Shown in pieces: positions 1-15,797 of a DNA stretch of 64,000 nt (the first letter of the stretch is position 1; each line of letters begins with the position of its first letter). Under the pieces are notes generated by a model. That model had not been told where the DNA came from. It searched no databases and was given only the letters and a program-made list of their open reading frames with translations. The position numbers were made by a program, and so were the translations under genes. The DNA is from a virus (lineage: Duplodnaviria > Caudoviricetes), in IMG/VR virus record IMGVR_UViG_3300025889_000109, positions 1,292 to 65,291 of that record; one strand, written 5' to 3'.

Positions 1-167
1 TAATTTTCTTCATGCATTTTAGACCTATCATAGAATTCGCTTAAAATGCTATACACAGCTGCCGGAACATCTACAACTTGAAAACCTTTTTCAGTTGCTC
101 TTGTTATTGGTTGTAGCGGAGAAGGATCATATGGTATATAATCTCTTTGCTCTTTTACTAATATCAT
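1..167 (-). CDS. N-terminal part of an ORF truncated by the window edge; possible 2OG-Fe(II) oxygenase (prolyl-hydroxylase-like)
   Basis: ATG at 167 gives MILVKEQRDYIPYDPSPLQPITRATEKGFQVVDVPAAVYSILSEFY..., open to position 1. The T-x-x-GF-x-x-x-x-x-P start resembles viral 2OG oxygenases from memory; catalytic motifs lie outside the window. Confidence 0.45.
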   Translation of the reverse strand, partial: MILVKEQRDYIPYDPSPLQPITRATEKGFQVVDVPAAVYSILSEFYDRSKMHEEN

Positions 168-186
168 GATTTAAAATAATTTATAT

Positions 187-5094
<4,908 letters not shown>

Positions 5095-5098
5095 TTAA

Positions 5099-5989
5099 TT
5101 AGTGTTTAATTTGTTTACCTTTACCACGCATTATTTGCTCAAGCTCTTTAATCTTAATATTATTTAATCTTAATTTTGCTTTTCTTTTTGCAGCAATACT
5201 TTCTTTTCTTAATCTTTGCACTCTATACTCAGGAGTATCCATTTTATTAGACACAATTGCATAAGCTATATATTTATAAACCGCTTCTTCTGCAAATTTG
5301 TGTACTTTCATTTCTTCTTCTGTAGCAAGACTATCAGATATATATTTTAATGTGATTATTTTACCTTGTAAATCACTGCTAAAAGATATTCTTCCACCTA
5401 TTTCATCAATATAATAGGCGCCATTTTTTGTTGCTGTTTCTGGATTAATACCATAACGCTTACCATAATCAACATTATAACCATACCCTTCTTCTAAAAA
5501 ATCTATATTCGTATCTTGTCTAGAATTATCAATACCTGTTGCAGCATGCCATCTTGTTTCTGTTTCAGATTTATTAGCATATAATAGATTACCATTTTGA
5601 TCAAATAAAAATCTATAATTTTGATCTTGTAATGGTGCTTCTGGCGTAGAAGACAATCTATTAGACATGATTAATTGTTCTAGCCCAGCATCATCTACAA
5701 AAGATAATTGAACATAATTAACATAATCATGAGGCAAAACCATTGATAATGACGGGGGTACTTCAATTTCCATTGATTTAATAGAACGTAAAGTATCATA
5801 GCTTAATTCTTGAAGAGCACGTTGCGCATGGAAAGCTACTTCTGTTCTTTTTGCAGTATTAATTATTTTATCATCACCTATATAAGAAATAATAAAATTA
5901 TTTATAAGATCAGCTAATGTTACGTATTGGTAAGTTCCAAATGCAGTACCATTGTAATATTGTTCATGCGTTTGTGTAAGTAAAGCCAT
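5099..5989 (-). CDS. Putative tail adaptor/gatekeeper ring protein
   Basis: 296 aa, contains LPHDYVNYV; lies between the capsid and nozzle genes. Confidence 0.6.
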   Translation of the reverse strand: MALLTQTHEQYYNGTAFGTYQYVTLADLINNFIISYIGDDKIINTAKRTEVAFHAQRALQELSYDTLRSIKSMEIEVPPSLSMVLPHDYVNYVQLSFVDDAGLEQLIMSNRLSSTPEAPLQDQNYRFLFDQNGNLLYANKSETETRWHAATGIDNSRQDTNIDFLEEGYGYNVDYGKRYGINPETATKNGAYYIDEIGGRISFSSDLQGKIITLKYISDSLATEEEMKVHKFAEEAVYKYIAYAIVSNKMDTPEYRVQRLRKESIAAKRKAKLRLNNIKIKELEQIMRGKGKQIKH

Positions 5990-5992
5990 TTA

Positions 5993-6691
5993 TTAAGATT
6001 TTTCTTGAGTTATTTTTTTATTTTCTTCGGCTTCAGCAATTTCAGTTATTTCAAGTTGTCTTATTATAATACCAGAATAACTTAATATTTTTATAACCAA
6101 GCTTGTTTCATCAATTTCATGCAATTCACAATCAATAGTGTTAGAAGCATTATATAAAGCAGTGCCATTGACTTCAGTATAAGCCCATTGTACTTCATTT
6201 GGTTTTCTAACGTAAGTACAGCTAATTCCACTATTTATAGTAGTAGGATATACTTTTATTCCCCAATGCCCACTTGAATTATCTATATTTTGTATAAATA
6301 CAGGTCTTGCAGTACTTGGAGCAGCTAATGGAGATTGGTTATAATATAAAACTTCTTTTGCATCTACTTTTTCAACCTCAATATTATTATATATAACAGT
6401 TCCTAATTTATGTAAGTCTGACGGAAAATGAAAATGATCAGTCATATATGTTAATGTGCCAGACTTTTTAAACCTACTAATTTTTTCATCAATAAGTTTT
6501 ACCATATTAGAGTACTCTGTATTATTATCACGCATTCTTTTGAACTGTTGAAGATCATAAAAATATTGTTCAAATATTTCTAATTGTGCCTGATTTGCTT
6601 TTAGATTAAACTCTTGCGGTGTTATATATCCCCTTTGCTCTTTGTTTAATATAGCAAGTACTCTTTGATAAACGGTATCGATGCTAATCAT
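5993..6691 (-). CDS. Putative head-tail adaptor (tail tubular protein A-like)
   Basis: 232 aa, VYQRVL.ILNKEQRGYITPQEFN and YVRKP..V.W motifs; position in the structural operon. Confidence 0.6.
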   Translation of the reverse strand: MISIDTVYQRVLAILNKEQRGYITPQEFNLKANQAQLEIFEQYFYDLQQFKRMRDNNTEYSNMVKLIDEKISRFKKSGTLTYMTDHFHFPSDLHKLGTVIYNNIEVEKVDAKEVLYYNQSPLAAPSTARPVFIQNIDNSSGHWGIKVYPTTINSGISCTYVRKPNEVQWAYTEVNGTALYNASNTIDCELHEIDETSLVIKILSYSGIIIRQLEITEIAEAEENKKITQEKS

Positions 6692-6703
6692 ATGTTTTTA
6701 TTA

Positions 6704-6743
6704 TTATTATGAAGGGCCACCCTATTGTGACCCCTCACAATAA
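6704..6743 (-). terminator. Intergenic hairpin (possible terminator or processing site)
   Basis: Minus strand TTATTGTGAGGGGTCAC-AATAGG-GTGGCCCTTCATAATAA; no clear U-tail. Confidence 0.45.
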
Positions 6744-6749
6744 GATAAT

Positions 6750-7523
6750 TTATTTAAGTTTCTTTTCTATAGATTTATAGACTTCTGTTCCTTCATCTGT
6801 TTTTAAATATGCAGCAAATGCTGAATATGGATTTTCTTCAAAAGGTACAGCCATTAATTTTTTATTATTACTAGCCCAATGAAAAGATCTTTGATCAGGT
6901 GATAATTGGATAATACCAGCTTCAACAGCTTTAATTCCAATATTTCTTAATTGAACATTATCATCTTCAACTAAACTAATAAATAATTCAGGATTACGTT
7001 TTGCAAATAAAAGTAAATCTCTTCTAATTTCTGAAGAAGTCATTTTTGATACTGCAGATCCTGATTCAACTCTAAGTACAGCTTCAGCGTGATCTATATC
7101 TAAATCTTTTGCTAAATTAAGTGCTGTAATTTCAAGTTCAATATCATAAAGGTCATCTTTTGCTTCAACCACCGCATCTAATTCTCTATATGTCATATCT
7201 TTTTGTGGATGATATATAGATAATAGTTTTTGTAATGCTTGATCTGATTTTGATACAAATAATGATCCATTTCTAAATACAATATGTCTTAAGGTTGAAA
7301 ACCCATCTTGTTCATCACGGAATGGTGATTTTTGATTTGAAGCATATCGTAATTCTCTTGCATAGCCTTTTTCTTCATCAAACCACATTAGTGGATTTCT
7401 ACTATGATGTTTTGAAGCTAATGTAAATGTAATTGGGGCTTTATTGCCCATTAAAACATAAGTTCTATCTTTTACAACCCAGTCTTGTTCTGAGGCTGTT
7501 ATTTTCTTTTCTTTTGTAGCCAT
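6750..7523 (-). CDS. Conserved phage protein downstream of the major capsid gene
   Basis: 257-aa ORF co-oriented with the structural operon. Confidence 0.6.
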   Translation of the reverse strand: MATKEKKITASEQDWVVKDRTYVLMGNKAPITFTLASKHHSRNPLMWFDEEKGYARELRYASNQKSPFRDEQDGFSTLRHIVFRNGSLFVSKSDQALQKLLSIYHPQKDMTYRELDAVVEAKDDLYDIELEITALNLAKDLDIDHAEAVLRVESGSAVSKMTSSEIRRDLLLFAKRNPELFISLVEDDNVQLRNIGIKAVEAGIIQLSPDQRSFHWASNNKKLMAVPFEENPYSAFAAYLKTDEGTEVYKSIEKKLK

Positions 7524-7544
7524 AATATAATATAATAAAATTGT

Positions 7545-7588
7545 AAAAAAGTAAAGATAGAGGCGCCTTAATGACGCCTCATCCTTAC
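7545..7588 (-). terminator. Rho-independent terminator after the major capsid gene
   Basis: Minus strand GTAAGGATGAGGCGTC-ATTAA-GGCGCCTCTATCTTTAC followed by TTTTTT. Confidence 0.8.
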
Positions 7589-7596
7589 ATTACTAA

Positions 7597-9030
7597 TTAT
7601 GCAGACTGAGTAACAGACTTGAATAATACAAAGTTGTTAGCTCCTTGTACACATAAACATCTTTCAGATAAGAAGTGTACATTCATTTCATCAACATCAG
7701 AAGTATAAACTCCACCTACAGATCCAGTGATCCAAGATTTCATTTTTCTATCATCAGCTTCAGAAGCTCGGTAACGAACATGTAGGAAAGGACGCTTAAT
7801 GTTCTTGCCTAATTGTTGATCGTATACAGTTGAAGTACCAGCAGGTACAAGTACACCATCAATATCTTCAGTAAGACCACGAGTAGCAGCGTCATTTAAA
7901 TATTTCCAGTCAGTTTTGTAGAAGTCATAAGAACCTCTGCGGAAACCGCTGAATCCTAAATTAAGAGCCATATCCTCACTGTTGTTGAATACTCCATAAG
8001 AAGATCCACCGTTATAGTGAGCATTTACAGCACCTAACATATCATCAAATGCAAGAGCAGTAGCGCGATTTAAGAAAAGCATGTTTTCTTCAATAGCACC
8101 TTGCTTGTCAAGATTTTTTAGAATTTCATCAAAATCTTGAAGAGCAGTACGATCAGCACCGGCATTAGAAAGAGTTCCTTCTCCTGAATTGAAGTTTTGG
8201 TAGATATTACCTCTGCTTTCAATTGCAGCAAAAAGACCTTCAGTACCTTTGTATCCAGCACCAATAGCAGCAGAACCACTAGCAGCTAATTCTCCTTCTA
8301 CCATTGCCATTTCAAGATAATCTTCAAAACGAAGTCTTGTTTCATGCTCTGATTTTAAATACCAAAGGTATCCAGAAGCACCGTTTTCAGTTGTTACTTC
8401 AACCCATCCAATTTGAGCAGTATCAGAACCAGAGATAGAATATTTATCTTTAATAATGATAGGTGAATTGCTAAATTGTTGGAATCCAGCATCAATTGAA
8501 CCAGCCATTCCAGCAGTTCCTTTTGCAAATTCAGAACCATAAACAAATACTTTTACAGTTACCGCAGTACCAGTTGAAAGTCCAGCAGCATCAAGATCAG
8601 CTCCGCTATAAGGTTTTACAGTGAAAGTATCTGTTGCTACAGCAGTAACTACAGCTTTAACAGTTACAAGACCTTCAGCAATAGCTACAGTTTGGCCAAC
8701 ACGTACAGCGTGTCCAGCTTCAGTAATTACACCAGTGCTAGTATTAGCGACTGCTGCATCATAAGCAATATGTAATCTTCCTTGTTCTGACCAGATAACT
8801 TGATCTGAAGCAGAAGGAATTTCAGCTCCTACCATGCGTAAGAAAGAAGAAACAGAGCGATTTCCGTAACGCTCAACTTCCTTTTCGTATACATCTGGTA
8901 AAAATTGTTGTGCGAAAGTTCCGCCGCCAGTTGAACTATCAAAAGTAAGATAGTTACCAGCAAAAAGTGATTTGGTTGGTGAAGGCGTTAACCCAGCAGG
9001 AAACGATCCACCTGTTGCAAATAATCCCAT
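7597..9030 (-). CDS. Major capsid protein
   Basis: 477 aa, follows portal and scaffold, followed by a terminator; QFLPD.YEKE.ERYG, WSEQGRLH and LGFSGFRRG.YDFYK motifs. Confidence 0.8.
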   Translation of the reverse strand: MGLFATGGSFPAGLTPSPTKSLFAGNYLTFDSSTGGGTFAQQFLPDVYEKEVERYGNRSVSSFLRMVGAEIPSASDQVIWSEQGRLHIAYDAAVANTSTGVITEAGHAVRVGQTVAIAEGLVTVKAVVTAVATDTFTVKPYSGADLDAAGLSTGTAVTVKVFVYGSEFAKGTAGMAGSIDAGFQQFSNSPIIIKDKYSISGSDTAQIGWVEVTTENGASGYLWYLKSEHETRLRFEDYLEMAMVEGELAASGSAAIGAGYKGTEGLFAAIESRGNIYQNFNSGEGTLSNAGADRTALQDFDEILKNLDKQGAIEENMLFLNRATALAFDDMLGAVNAHYNGGSSYGVFNNSEDMALNLGFSGFRRGSYDFYKTDWKYLNDAATRGLTEDIDGVLVPAGTSTVYDQQLGKNIKRPFLHVRYRASEADDRKMKSWITGSVGGVYTSDVDEMNVHFLSERCLCVQGANNFVLFKSVTQSA

Positions 9031-9047
9031 TTTAGTGTTATTTTAAG

Positions 9048-10292
9048 TTATTGTTTTAGTTTTATTCTAAGTTTTGAACTATCATCACCACTAATTGCTC
9101 TGATTTTTATGCCAGAATCTGTTGTAACCGCTTCATGAGTACCACGTGGATTCATATCTACGTTTTTAGATTGTGCCATTGCTTCTTTAATAGCATCGGC
9201 TCTTCCTTGCTCATAAAAATGATTAGCAATAGAATCAGCATTCATAGCTGTAAATAATGCTTTGTGATAACCTGCTGCATCAGACATATTGTTATTGTTA
9301 TCAACAAACTTGCTGACTAATGAATTAATATCTGATTGTGAAGATTTCACGTTATTAACATCACCTACATTAAATCTATATTTGTTATTACCAACCTTAT
9401 ATTCAAAACCTTTGAATGAGTCAGAAAACAATTCATTTGTTTTTTGTTCAAATATAGATCTTTGCTGTTTAGCTAATTGTTGTGATTGATTTTGTTCTTG
9501 TTTATAATTATTGTAAAACTCAACCGCTTCTCTGGCTTCCGGAGATAACTTTGAACTTAACTTAAGATCATTGTAATATTTACTCTTTAGGCTACTTAGA
9601 TTTGATTTTGCTTCAGCAATACTTTCTTTTAATAATAATTTTTTTCTTTTAATATCTCTTTCTTCATCAACTTCTTCGTCATATGAAAAAGAGTCTTCCA
9701 TTAGAAAACTTATTTCGTCTTCTGATAGATGTGGTTTTGTTCGGCGATAGTGTTCACGAAGTATTTCCATTTCGTTCATACTATCATAATCTTTATTAAG
9801 ATTTACATAATCTTCAAGCGATCCACCTGTTTCCCGCATAAAATCTACCAATTTGGTAATATTTTCTGGTAACTCGCTGGCTTCTTGATTATTATTTACA
9901 CTTTCTGATTCTTCTTTAAGCTTATTTGGTATATCTTTTATTTTATCCGCTAAGCTTACTTTTTGTTCTACCTTTTCTTCATTCTGTACGAGCTCGATGA
10001 CTTGGTTTTCTTCTCCCACGCTTTGCAATTCCACTGCGGGGTTTTCCCTGCTTTCGTCGCCCTGTTGTACTGGCTCCAACACGCTGCTCTCTGTGCTTGA
10101 TTTTTGAATGGCATTTTCTTTTTGTTTAGGTTTTTTTCTTAAATCAATTTTAATGGTACCATCTTCAGCTTTTGTAATATTGGTATCATCATCTTGTGTC
10201 TCAACAACTTTTGCTTCCGCTGGTTGTTCTTGTACTTGTTGTTCAACCGCTTCTTGTGCAGTTGCTTCAACATTGGTTGTTTCTTCAGCCAT
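9048..10292 (-). CDS. Capsid scaffolding protein (putative)
   Basis: 414 aa, very acidic disordered N-terminus, helical C-terminus; sits between portal and capsid genes. Confidence 0.65.
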   Translation of the reverse strand: MAEETTNVEATAQEAVEQQVQEQPAEAKVVETQDDDTNITKAEDGTIKIDLRKKPKQKENAIQKSSTESSVLEPVQQGDESRENPAVELQSVGEENQVIELVQNEEKVEQKVSLADKIKDIPNKLKEESESVNNNQEASELPENITKLVDFMRETGGSLEDYVNLNKDYDSMNEMEILREHYRRTKPHLSEDEISFLMEDSFSYDEEVDEERDIKRKKLLLKESIAEAKSNLSSLKSKYYNDLKLSSKLSPEAREAVEFYNNYKQEQNQSQQLAKQQRSIFEQKTNELFSDSFKGFEYKVGNNKYRFNVGDVNNVKSSQSDINSLVSKFVDNNNNMSDAAGYHKALFTAMNADSIANHFYEQGRADAIKEAMAQSKNVDMNPRGTHEAVTTDSGIKIRAISGDDSSKLRIKLKQ

Positions 10293-10330
10293 AATAAAAT
10301 AATATATAATTAATAAAAATGTAACTTATG

Positions 10331-12754
10331 TTACCTTGGTTCAAACATTTCTAAATTAAATCCACTACCCATTGTATCATTTCCAGCAGATTCAAATGCT
10401 TGCTCGCCTTTTCTATCCTTACGTTGTTCTATAAGTTTAGATTGTTGCGATGCTTGTATTCTTGTTCTTTCGTCTTTACGATCTTCTTTATATTTTTCTT
10501 TGTCATTTAGCATTTGAGAATCACGATCCTTTAATGCCATATTAAGATCAAACTCATATTTCATAAGTTCTTTCTTAAGCTCTTTTTCTTGTTGCATTTT
10601 TTGCATTTCAAGATCAGCTTCAATTTGAATAAGCTGCGCTTTTTGGTTAGTTAATGCTTCATTTTTTTGCACTTCCATTTGTGCTGCAACTTGAGTGTTT
10701 TGCGAATTAGCATCTGCTTGTGCTTGTATATTAGCTTGTTGACGTTGTTGATCTTGTTCAAGTTTTTTACGTCTACGTACTTTTAATAATTGATTAGCAA
10801 GCTTAATATTTTTTATTTCTCTAATATCAATAGCATCTTCAAGATAAATTTGATCTTTAGCTAATGCTTGTTGAATATTATTTTCAAGTAATTGTTTTTC
10901 TTCTTCGTCTGGTGCTAATTCAATAAATATACCAAAATCATGCAAATGCATATTTTTAATATCATCTAAAGCCCCAACATTAAATCTTCCAATGCTAGAT
11001 ATAAATGCATCCCTAGTTGGTGAAAATTCTAATACATCAGATATTCTTAAGCTAATAGCTTCTGCTGTTCTTACAGTTAAGAATAAGCTTGATTGTAATA
11101 TATGACGTGTTGCAGTATTTGAATTTGCTGCAGCAAGTTTTTGTAATCCAACTAAAGCATATTTATCAGGTGTAGAACCATCACGAGCTTCATTTAATCC
11201 CGTAACATCTCTAATCATTTGTAAATAATAATTATAAGTACTAATAAGCGAACTTATTTTATTATTACCACCATTTGATGTTAATTCTTGAATAGGTACT
11301 TTTCCGGGGTTCATATCCCCATCTTGTGTATATGATCTACCAATTACAGAACCCGTTTGGAAAAACATGTTTAACGCTTCTTGTGGATTGTAATTTGTAC
11401 CATTGCCTAAATCAATTTCAGCTAAACCATCAGCATCAAGATAAACCCCATCTGGAATCATTCTTGATAATACTTGCTGTAGCTTTAAATGAGTTAATTG
11501 AATCATATCGGCAAATCCAGTTATACGACTTACCAATGACTCAATTCTTCCTTTATATATTCTAGGTGCTACAACATTATAATTCATCATTACTTTAGTT
11601 GTATCACTTTTAGGTCTTACCATATTTTTAGCAAGCTCCCATTTTAATAATTTTTTAGTGCCTAATACAAATGCACCATCATAAACCACCTCTATTGATC
11701 TTGCTGCTTTTTCAAAACGAGTTCTTTGATCTTTTGGTGGATTGAATTGATCATCTTTACGTATGGCTTTATCTGCCCCACTTGCGGTTTGCTTGATTTT
11801 AAATACTTCGTTATTATATGTTTTATAATTAAAATACAATATTTGAATAGTATTAGCATCAAGTACACTGTCTTCATTTATAAATCTATTATGAGACGCA
11901 GGCGTTTGCACGCCTTGTTTGGTTAACTCATTCAAATCTTCATCAGTAAGATCTGGGAATTGCATTTTTAACTCATTGATAGTCACGCTTTTAACTTCTC
12001 CAACATAATATATGTCATCAAAGTATGGTGATTCAGTATACGAATAAACTAAGTTTGCTGGATCTACATATTTAATTTTGATACCTTCAGACTTATTAAA
12101 TTCATTTTTAGTAGAACCAATACCAATAACAGTTAAATCATAATTTATACGACGTTGTGTTAAATCATAATTATTTTTATTAAATACTGCATTGATTGCC
12201 TGTTCTTCTGCAATTTCAATAGATTGTTTATATTCAAGTTGCATATGTAATGACAATTCTTCTTCACTTTCAGGTAAAGTAGCAGGATCATTATTATATA
12301 CATTAATACCAAGTTGTTGTTGAATTTTATCTGATATCTCTCTAGTTTGCATATCAGTTAGTATAGACTCAACATATTTTGTTCTTTTCTCTACAGATGA
12401 TGGGTCTTGCGAAAAAGCTTTAATATCATAAAGCCTATCTGACATACCATTAACAACTATATCTACAAATTTAGGTATAATTGGTACAGGTTTCCAGTCA
12501 AGGTTTAAATAAGAAAGATCACCATTTATGGAAAGCTCATCTTTATATTTTTTAACAGATTGTTCTCCTCGTGCATATAAGCGAAGTCTATGATACTCAT
12601 CTCTATTAGAATAAAAACGAGTGGCACCTGAATCTCTTTTGAACCATTCATGTTCAATAGCACGGGCTACTTTTAATCCGTATTCTGAACTAGCCTTTTC
12701 AGCATCACTTGCTATTTGACTTGGAAATGAACTTTTTAATATTGTTTCAGCCAT
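10331..12754 (-). CDS. Portal protein
   Basis: 807 aa directly after terminase; PIIPKFVDIVVNG, IRDVTGLNEARDG, Gln-rich coiled-coil C-terminus. Confidence 0.8.
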   Translation of the reverse strand: MAETILKSSFPSQIASDAEKASSEYGLKVARAIEHEWFKRDSGATRFYSNRDEYHRLRLYARGEQSVKKYKDELSINGDLSYLNLDWKPVPIIPKFVDIVVNGMSDRLYDIKAFSQDPSSVEKRTKYVESILTDMQTREISDKIQQQLGINVYNNDPATLPESEEELSLHMQLEYKQSIEIAEEQAINAVFNKNNYDLTQRRINYDLTVIGIGSTKNEFNKSEGIKIKYVDPANLVYSYTESPYFDDIYYVGEVKSVTINELKMQFPDLTDEDLNELTKQGVQTPASHNRFINEDSVLDANTIQILYFNYKTYNNEVFKIKQTASGADKAIRKDDQFNPPKDQRTRFEKAARSIEVVYDGAFVLGTKKLLKWELAKNMVRPKSDTTKVMMNYNVVAPRIYKGRIESLVSRITGFADMIQLTHLKLQQVLSRMIPDGVYLDADGLAEIDLGNGTNYNPQEALNMFFQTGSVIGRSYTQDGDMNPGKVPIQELTSNGGNNKISSLISTYNYYLQMIRDVTGLNEARDGSTPDKYALVGLQKLAAANSNTATRHILQSSLFLTVRTAEAISLRISDVLEFSPTRDAFISSIGRFNVGALDDIKNMHLHDFGIFIELAPDEEEKQLLENNIQQALAKDQIYLEDAIDIREIKNIKLANQLLKVRRRKKLEQDQQRQQANIQAQADANSQNTQVAAQMEVQKNEALTNQKAQLIQIEADLEMQKMQQEKELKKELMKYEFDLNMALKDRDSQMLNDKEKYKEDRKDERTRIQASQQSKLIEQRKDRKGEQAFESAGNDTMGSGFNLEMFEPR

Positions 12755-12755
12755 G

Positions 12756-14966
12756 CTATTTAATTATTTGCGAGTGCATTCCTTTGTTATTAAATCTTTT
12801 TATTTGTATACCTAAATTTTGTTTTTCGTATTTTGGTTTTGGATGATATAAGTGCCTATTACAAGCCATAATAGCGAGCCCGGAACTAATAGTAGCGTCA
12901 TATTTTGTTCTTTTATTTATATCAAATTTTGCCCAATCATTCAATGTTCTATTGAAATATATATTACCAGAATTACCTTCTTCGTTATAACCTACATATT
13001 TATCTATATATGATTCAATTGCAGCTGCATGAGCTTGCTTTATATCTTCAGAGGTGTTGGGTATTCCACCTATTTCTCTTTCTGTTACAGATAAATTATT
13101 CCAAACTTTATCTGGTCTATTCATTGAAAATCCTCTGTAACCTCTTCGTTTTAAATGATATAGTAATCTTGGTTTGTTATTTTCCGCTAGTATTGGCATA
13201 CCATAAAAAGCAATTGCCATAAGTACGTCTTCAAAAAATATTTCAGCGGTTTGAGGTCTTGCTACATATTCTAAAAAGAATGTATGCGGCGGTGCATCTT
13301 CCATACTAAATGTGGTTAATCCGTGCAAAGAACCTTTTGATCCTACTCCATCGGTTGTGCCTGATATATCATATGAGTCACATCCAAAAGCGCCTATATG
13401 TTCATTACCAGGTACTTTAACCCCATTCTTTACTATTACATTGTTTTGCAGATTCTTAGGGGGTACCCATGAAACTAAAAACCTACCTTGAGGATTAGGA
13501 GTAAACATTACTCTTGAATCTTTAATTCCATTTTCCCAAGAGAAAGATCCTTTTGTTACTAATCCGTCTCTTACAGCTTCCTCATTAAAATCAATTTGCT
13601 CATATATTTTAGCTAAATTGAATATACTATTTTTAGCTTCATCCCTAAATGCATGCTCTTCAGTGCGTGGAAATTGACGATAATATTCATTTAATCCGTC
13701 ACTGTCGTGCTTTAATCCTTCAACTTCATTTTCCCAAAAGTCTATTACGCCTGTATCAATGTATTGACCATCGACTCCAAGTGTGGCTTCTTCTGGAGTA
13801 TTAAAGACAGGGTATCCAAAAGCATCAATGTATCCTTCGTAGTTCCATTCCATAGGTATGAACAAACTATATAATCCCGAACTAGTCTGTCCATTTCTAT
13901 TTCTTCGTGTAACATCTGAATCATAATAAAGCTTTTTAAAGTTATCACCTCCTTTGTCAAGAGCATTAGAGGTAGAGCCCATCATACATTTACCTATGAT
14001 TCGACTACCAAGTCTTAGAGTTGTTTTTGTAACCCTCCAGTTATTTAATATATTATCAGGTCTTTCCCATTTACCAGATTCATCATGAACAAGTAATCTG
14101 AGTTTTTCACCATCATAACTATTGTCCCCAGTATTTTTCCAGTCTATTGTTGTATCAAGCCCCTCGAGTATTTGCTTTTCACTCGTTTCTGCAATTGACT
14201 TTCTTGTAAGCTTTGATGCGGGTACGCGGTATGCAAGTTCCGATTTCGGCCTATCCATTCCATCTTGTATCGGTTTGAAAAAGAAGGGGTAATTGACCGA
14301 GATAGGTACCACTTTATCGGTAAACATCTTCTTAGCATCAGATCCGGATTTTGATAATATCCCAAATCTAGCATCTGATGTAATTGTTGCCTGGTTAACA
14401 GTCTCTGCTGATGACATGAAACTAAACCCAGAGCGTCTGTTTTTAAGGTAGCACATTCCATAACATCTTTTATCTGCCTTGCATGCTTCCCAGAATATAA
14501 AGAATAATCTGTTTGCTTCCCTATAGTCTGGCTGCCCAACATCAATCTTGGTGTGCTGCAGGTACATGTAATGAGAACCAGTAATATAAGTAGGTATATT
14601 CTTGTTATAGAACCAATATCCTTCCTCGCGTTTGGTAAACTCTCTATCAATATATGCATACCATTTGTTTTTAAAAGCTTCAGGATAATTTTCCCAATCA
14701 AATATACTTTTTATATTTTTAAGCTCATTGGGCGGCTCGTGTGCAACCCATCTATTATTAGTGTTATCAATTTCTTTTGGTACAGATGGCAATGCTATAC
14801 ACAAATTCTGTATTTCAATTATTTCACCTATTGTACCGTCTTTACTGATAACTATAATATCGTATTCTTTATTATGACCATATTCCCATTTTTTATATCT
14901 GTTATTTTTTTTAATAACATTTTCTTTTATAGGATTTATAGTTTTAACTAAATATTGTTCGTACAT
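12756..14966 (-). CDS. Terminase large subunit
   Basis: Walker A-like KNRRSGFS, Walker B LLVHDESGK, coupling motif GST, nuclease acidic motifs FGCDSYD and YDATIS. Confidence 0.85.
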   Translation of the reverse strand: MYEQYLVKTINPIKENVIKKNNRYKKWEYGHNKEYDIIVISKDGTIGEIIEIQNLCIALPSVPKEIDNTNNRWVAHEPPNELKNIKSIFDWENYPEAFKNKWYAYIDREFTKREEGYWFYNKNIPTYITGSHYMYLQHTKIDVGQPDYREANRLFFIFWEACKADKRCYGMCYLKNRRSGFSFMSSAETVNQATITSDARFGILSKSGSDAKKMFTDKVVPISVNYPFFFKPIQDGMDRPKSELAYRVPASKLTRKSIAETSEKQILEGLDTTIDWKNTGDNSYDGEKLRLLVHDESGKWERPDNILNNWRVTKTTLRLGSRIIGKCMMGSTSNALDKGGDNFKKLYYDSDVTRRNRNGQTSSGLYSLFIPMEWNYEGYIDAFGYPVFNTPEEATLGVDGQYIDTGVIDFWENEVEGLKHDSDGLNEYYRQFPRTEEHAFRDEAKNSIFNLAKIYEQIDFNEEAVRDGLVTKGSFSWENGIKDSRVMFTPNPQGRFLVSWVPPKNLQNNVIVKNGVKVPGNEHIGAFGCDSYDISGTTDGVGSKGSLHGLTTFSMEDAPPHTFFLEYVARPQTAEIFFEDVLMAIAFYGMPILAENNKPRLLYHLKRRGYRGFSMNRPDKVWNNLSVTEREIGGIPNTSEDIKQAHAAAIESYIDKYVGYNEEGNSGNIYFNRTLNDWAKFDINKRTKYDATISSGLAIMACNRHLYHPKPKYEKQNLGIQIKRFNNKGMHSQIIK

Positions 14967-15241
14967 TATTTAGATCTTCTTTCAGCAAAACCTTTTAAAC
15001 TTTCTTTGGTTTCAACTGGTTTATTTTCCATTAAATTCTTTTCAGCTTCAATACGTGAAAGAATTTCAAAAGCGTCAAATATTGCAAGCTTTTTAGTAGC
15101 AGCAGCATTTTTTAATCTATCCGCAGCAAGTTCATCCTCGCCACCATCCACAATTATTTCTTCTTCTGCTACTCTTATAAGCTCGTGTACTGCTTTATAT
15201 CCAGCTTGGACAATTTGTTTTTTAAGATCTTTTGCGTCCAT
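14966..15241 (-). CDS. Putative terminase small subunit
   Basis: Small helical ORF abutting terL; likely start MDAKDLKK at 15241. Confidence 0.55.
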   Translation of the reverse strand: MDAKDLKKQIVQAGYKAVHELIRVAEEEIIVDGGEDELAADRLKNAAATKKLAIFDAFEILSRIEAEKNLMENKPVETKESLKGFAERRSK

Positions 15242-15245
15242 TATA

Positions 15246-15797
15246 TTAAATAAAATTATAATTATTAAATTTATCATTAAGGCACCTTTCTTTTATTGTT
15301 TTATGTGTAGTATTTAAAGCTTTTGCACATTCCCTTAATGAATTATATTGAATATTATCAACTTCTAATTTAATTCTATTTTTTTGACCCAGCATATCAT
15401 TATGCTTTTGCTCAGCACTTAATTTTCTGCCTTTTAAGGTATTTGATATTTTTTTATTTCTTTCTTTTGAATATATAATATTATTTGCTCCCTCACCTCC
15501 ATCAGTCATATTATATAAGCATCCTGTATTTAAATCTTTTCTGCCATATAAACAAATAAATTCTTTTTCCTTATCTATAGCCTGCTCTTTTGTTAAATTT
15601 TCAAAAAGAATTTCAACTTCATATTCTGATTTATTCAGAACGCTAAGCCAAGCTTTATTTCTGTATTTTTTAGAATATGGTCTATATTTATCTTTAAATA
15701 TACCAATATAAAATGGTTCATTTTTATCTAAGCGTATATGCCTATAAACTCCCCACCCATTTTGGATTGTATTCGATTTCAGTTCCTTTGCGTTCAT
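15246..15797 (-). mobile_element. Free-standing GIY-YIG-type homing endonuclease with NUMOD-like C-terminus
   Basis: GVYRHIR...PFYIG, E..FI..YGR, LYNMTDGGEG, KKISNTLKGRK, Y-N-SLRECAKAL. Confidence 0.75.
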
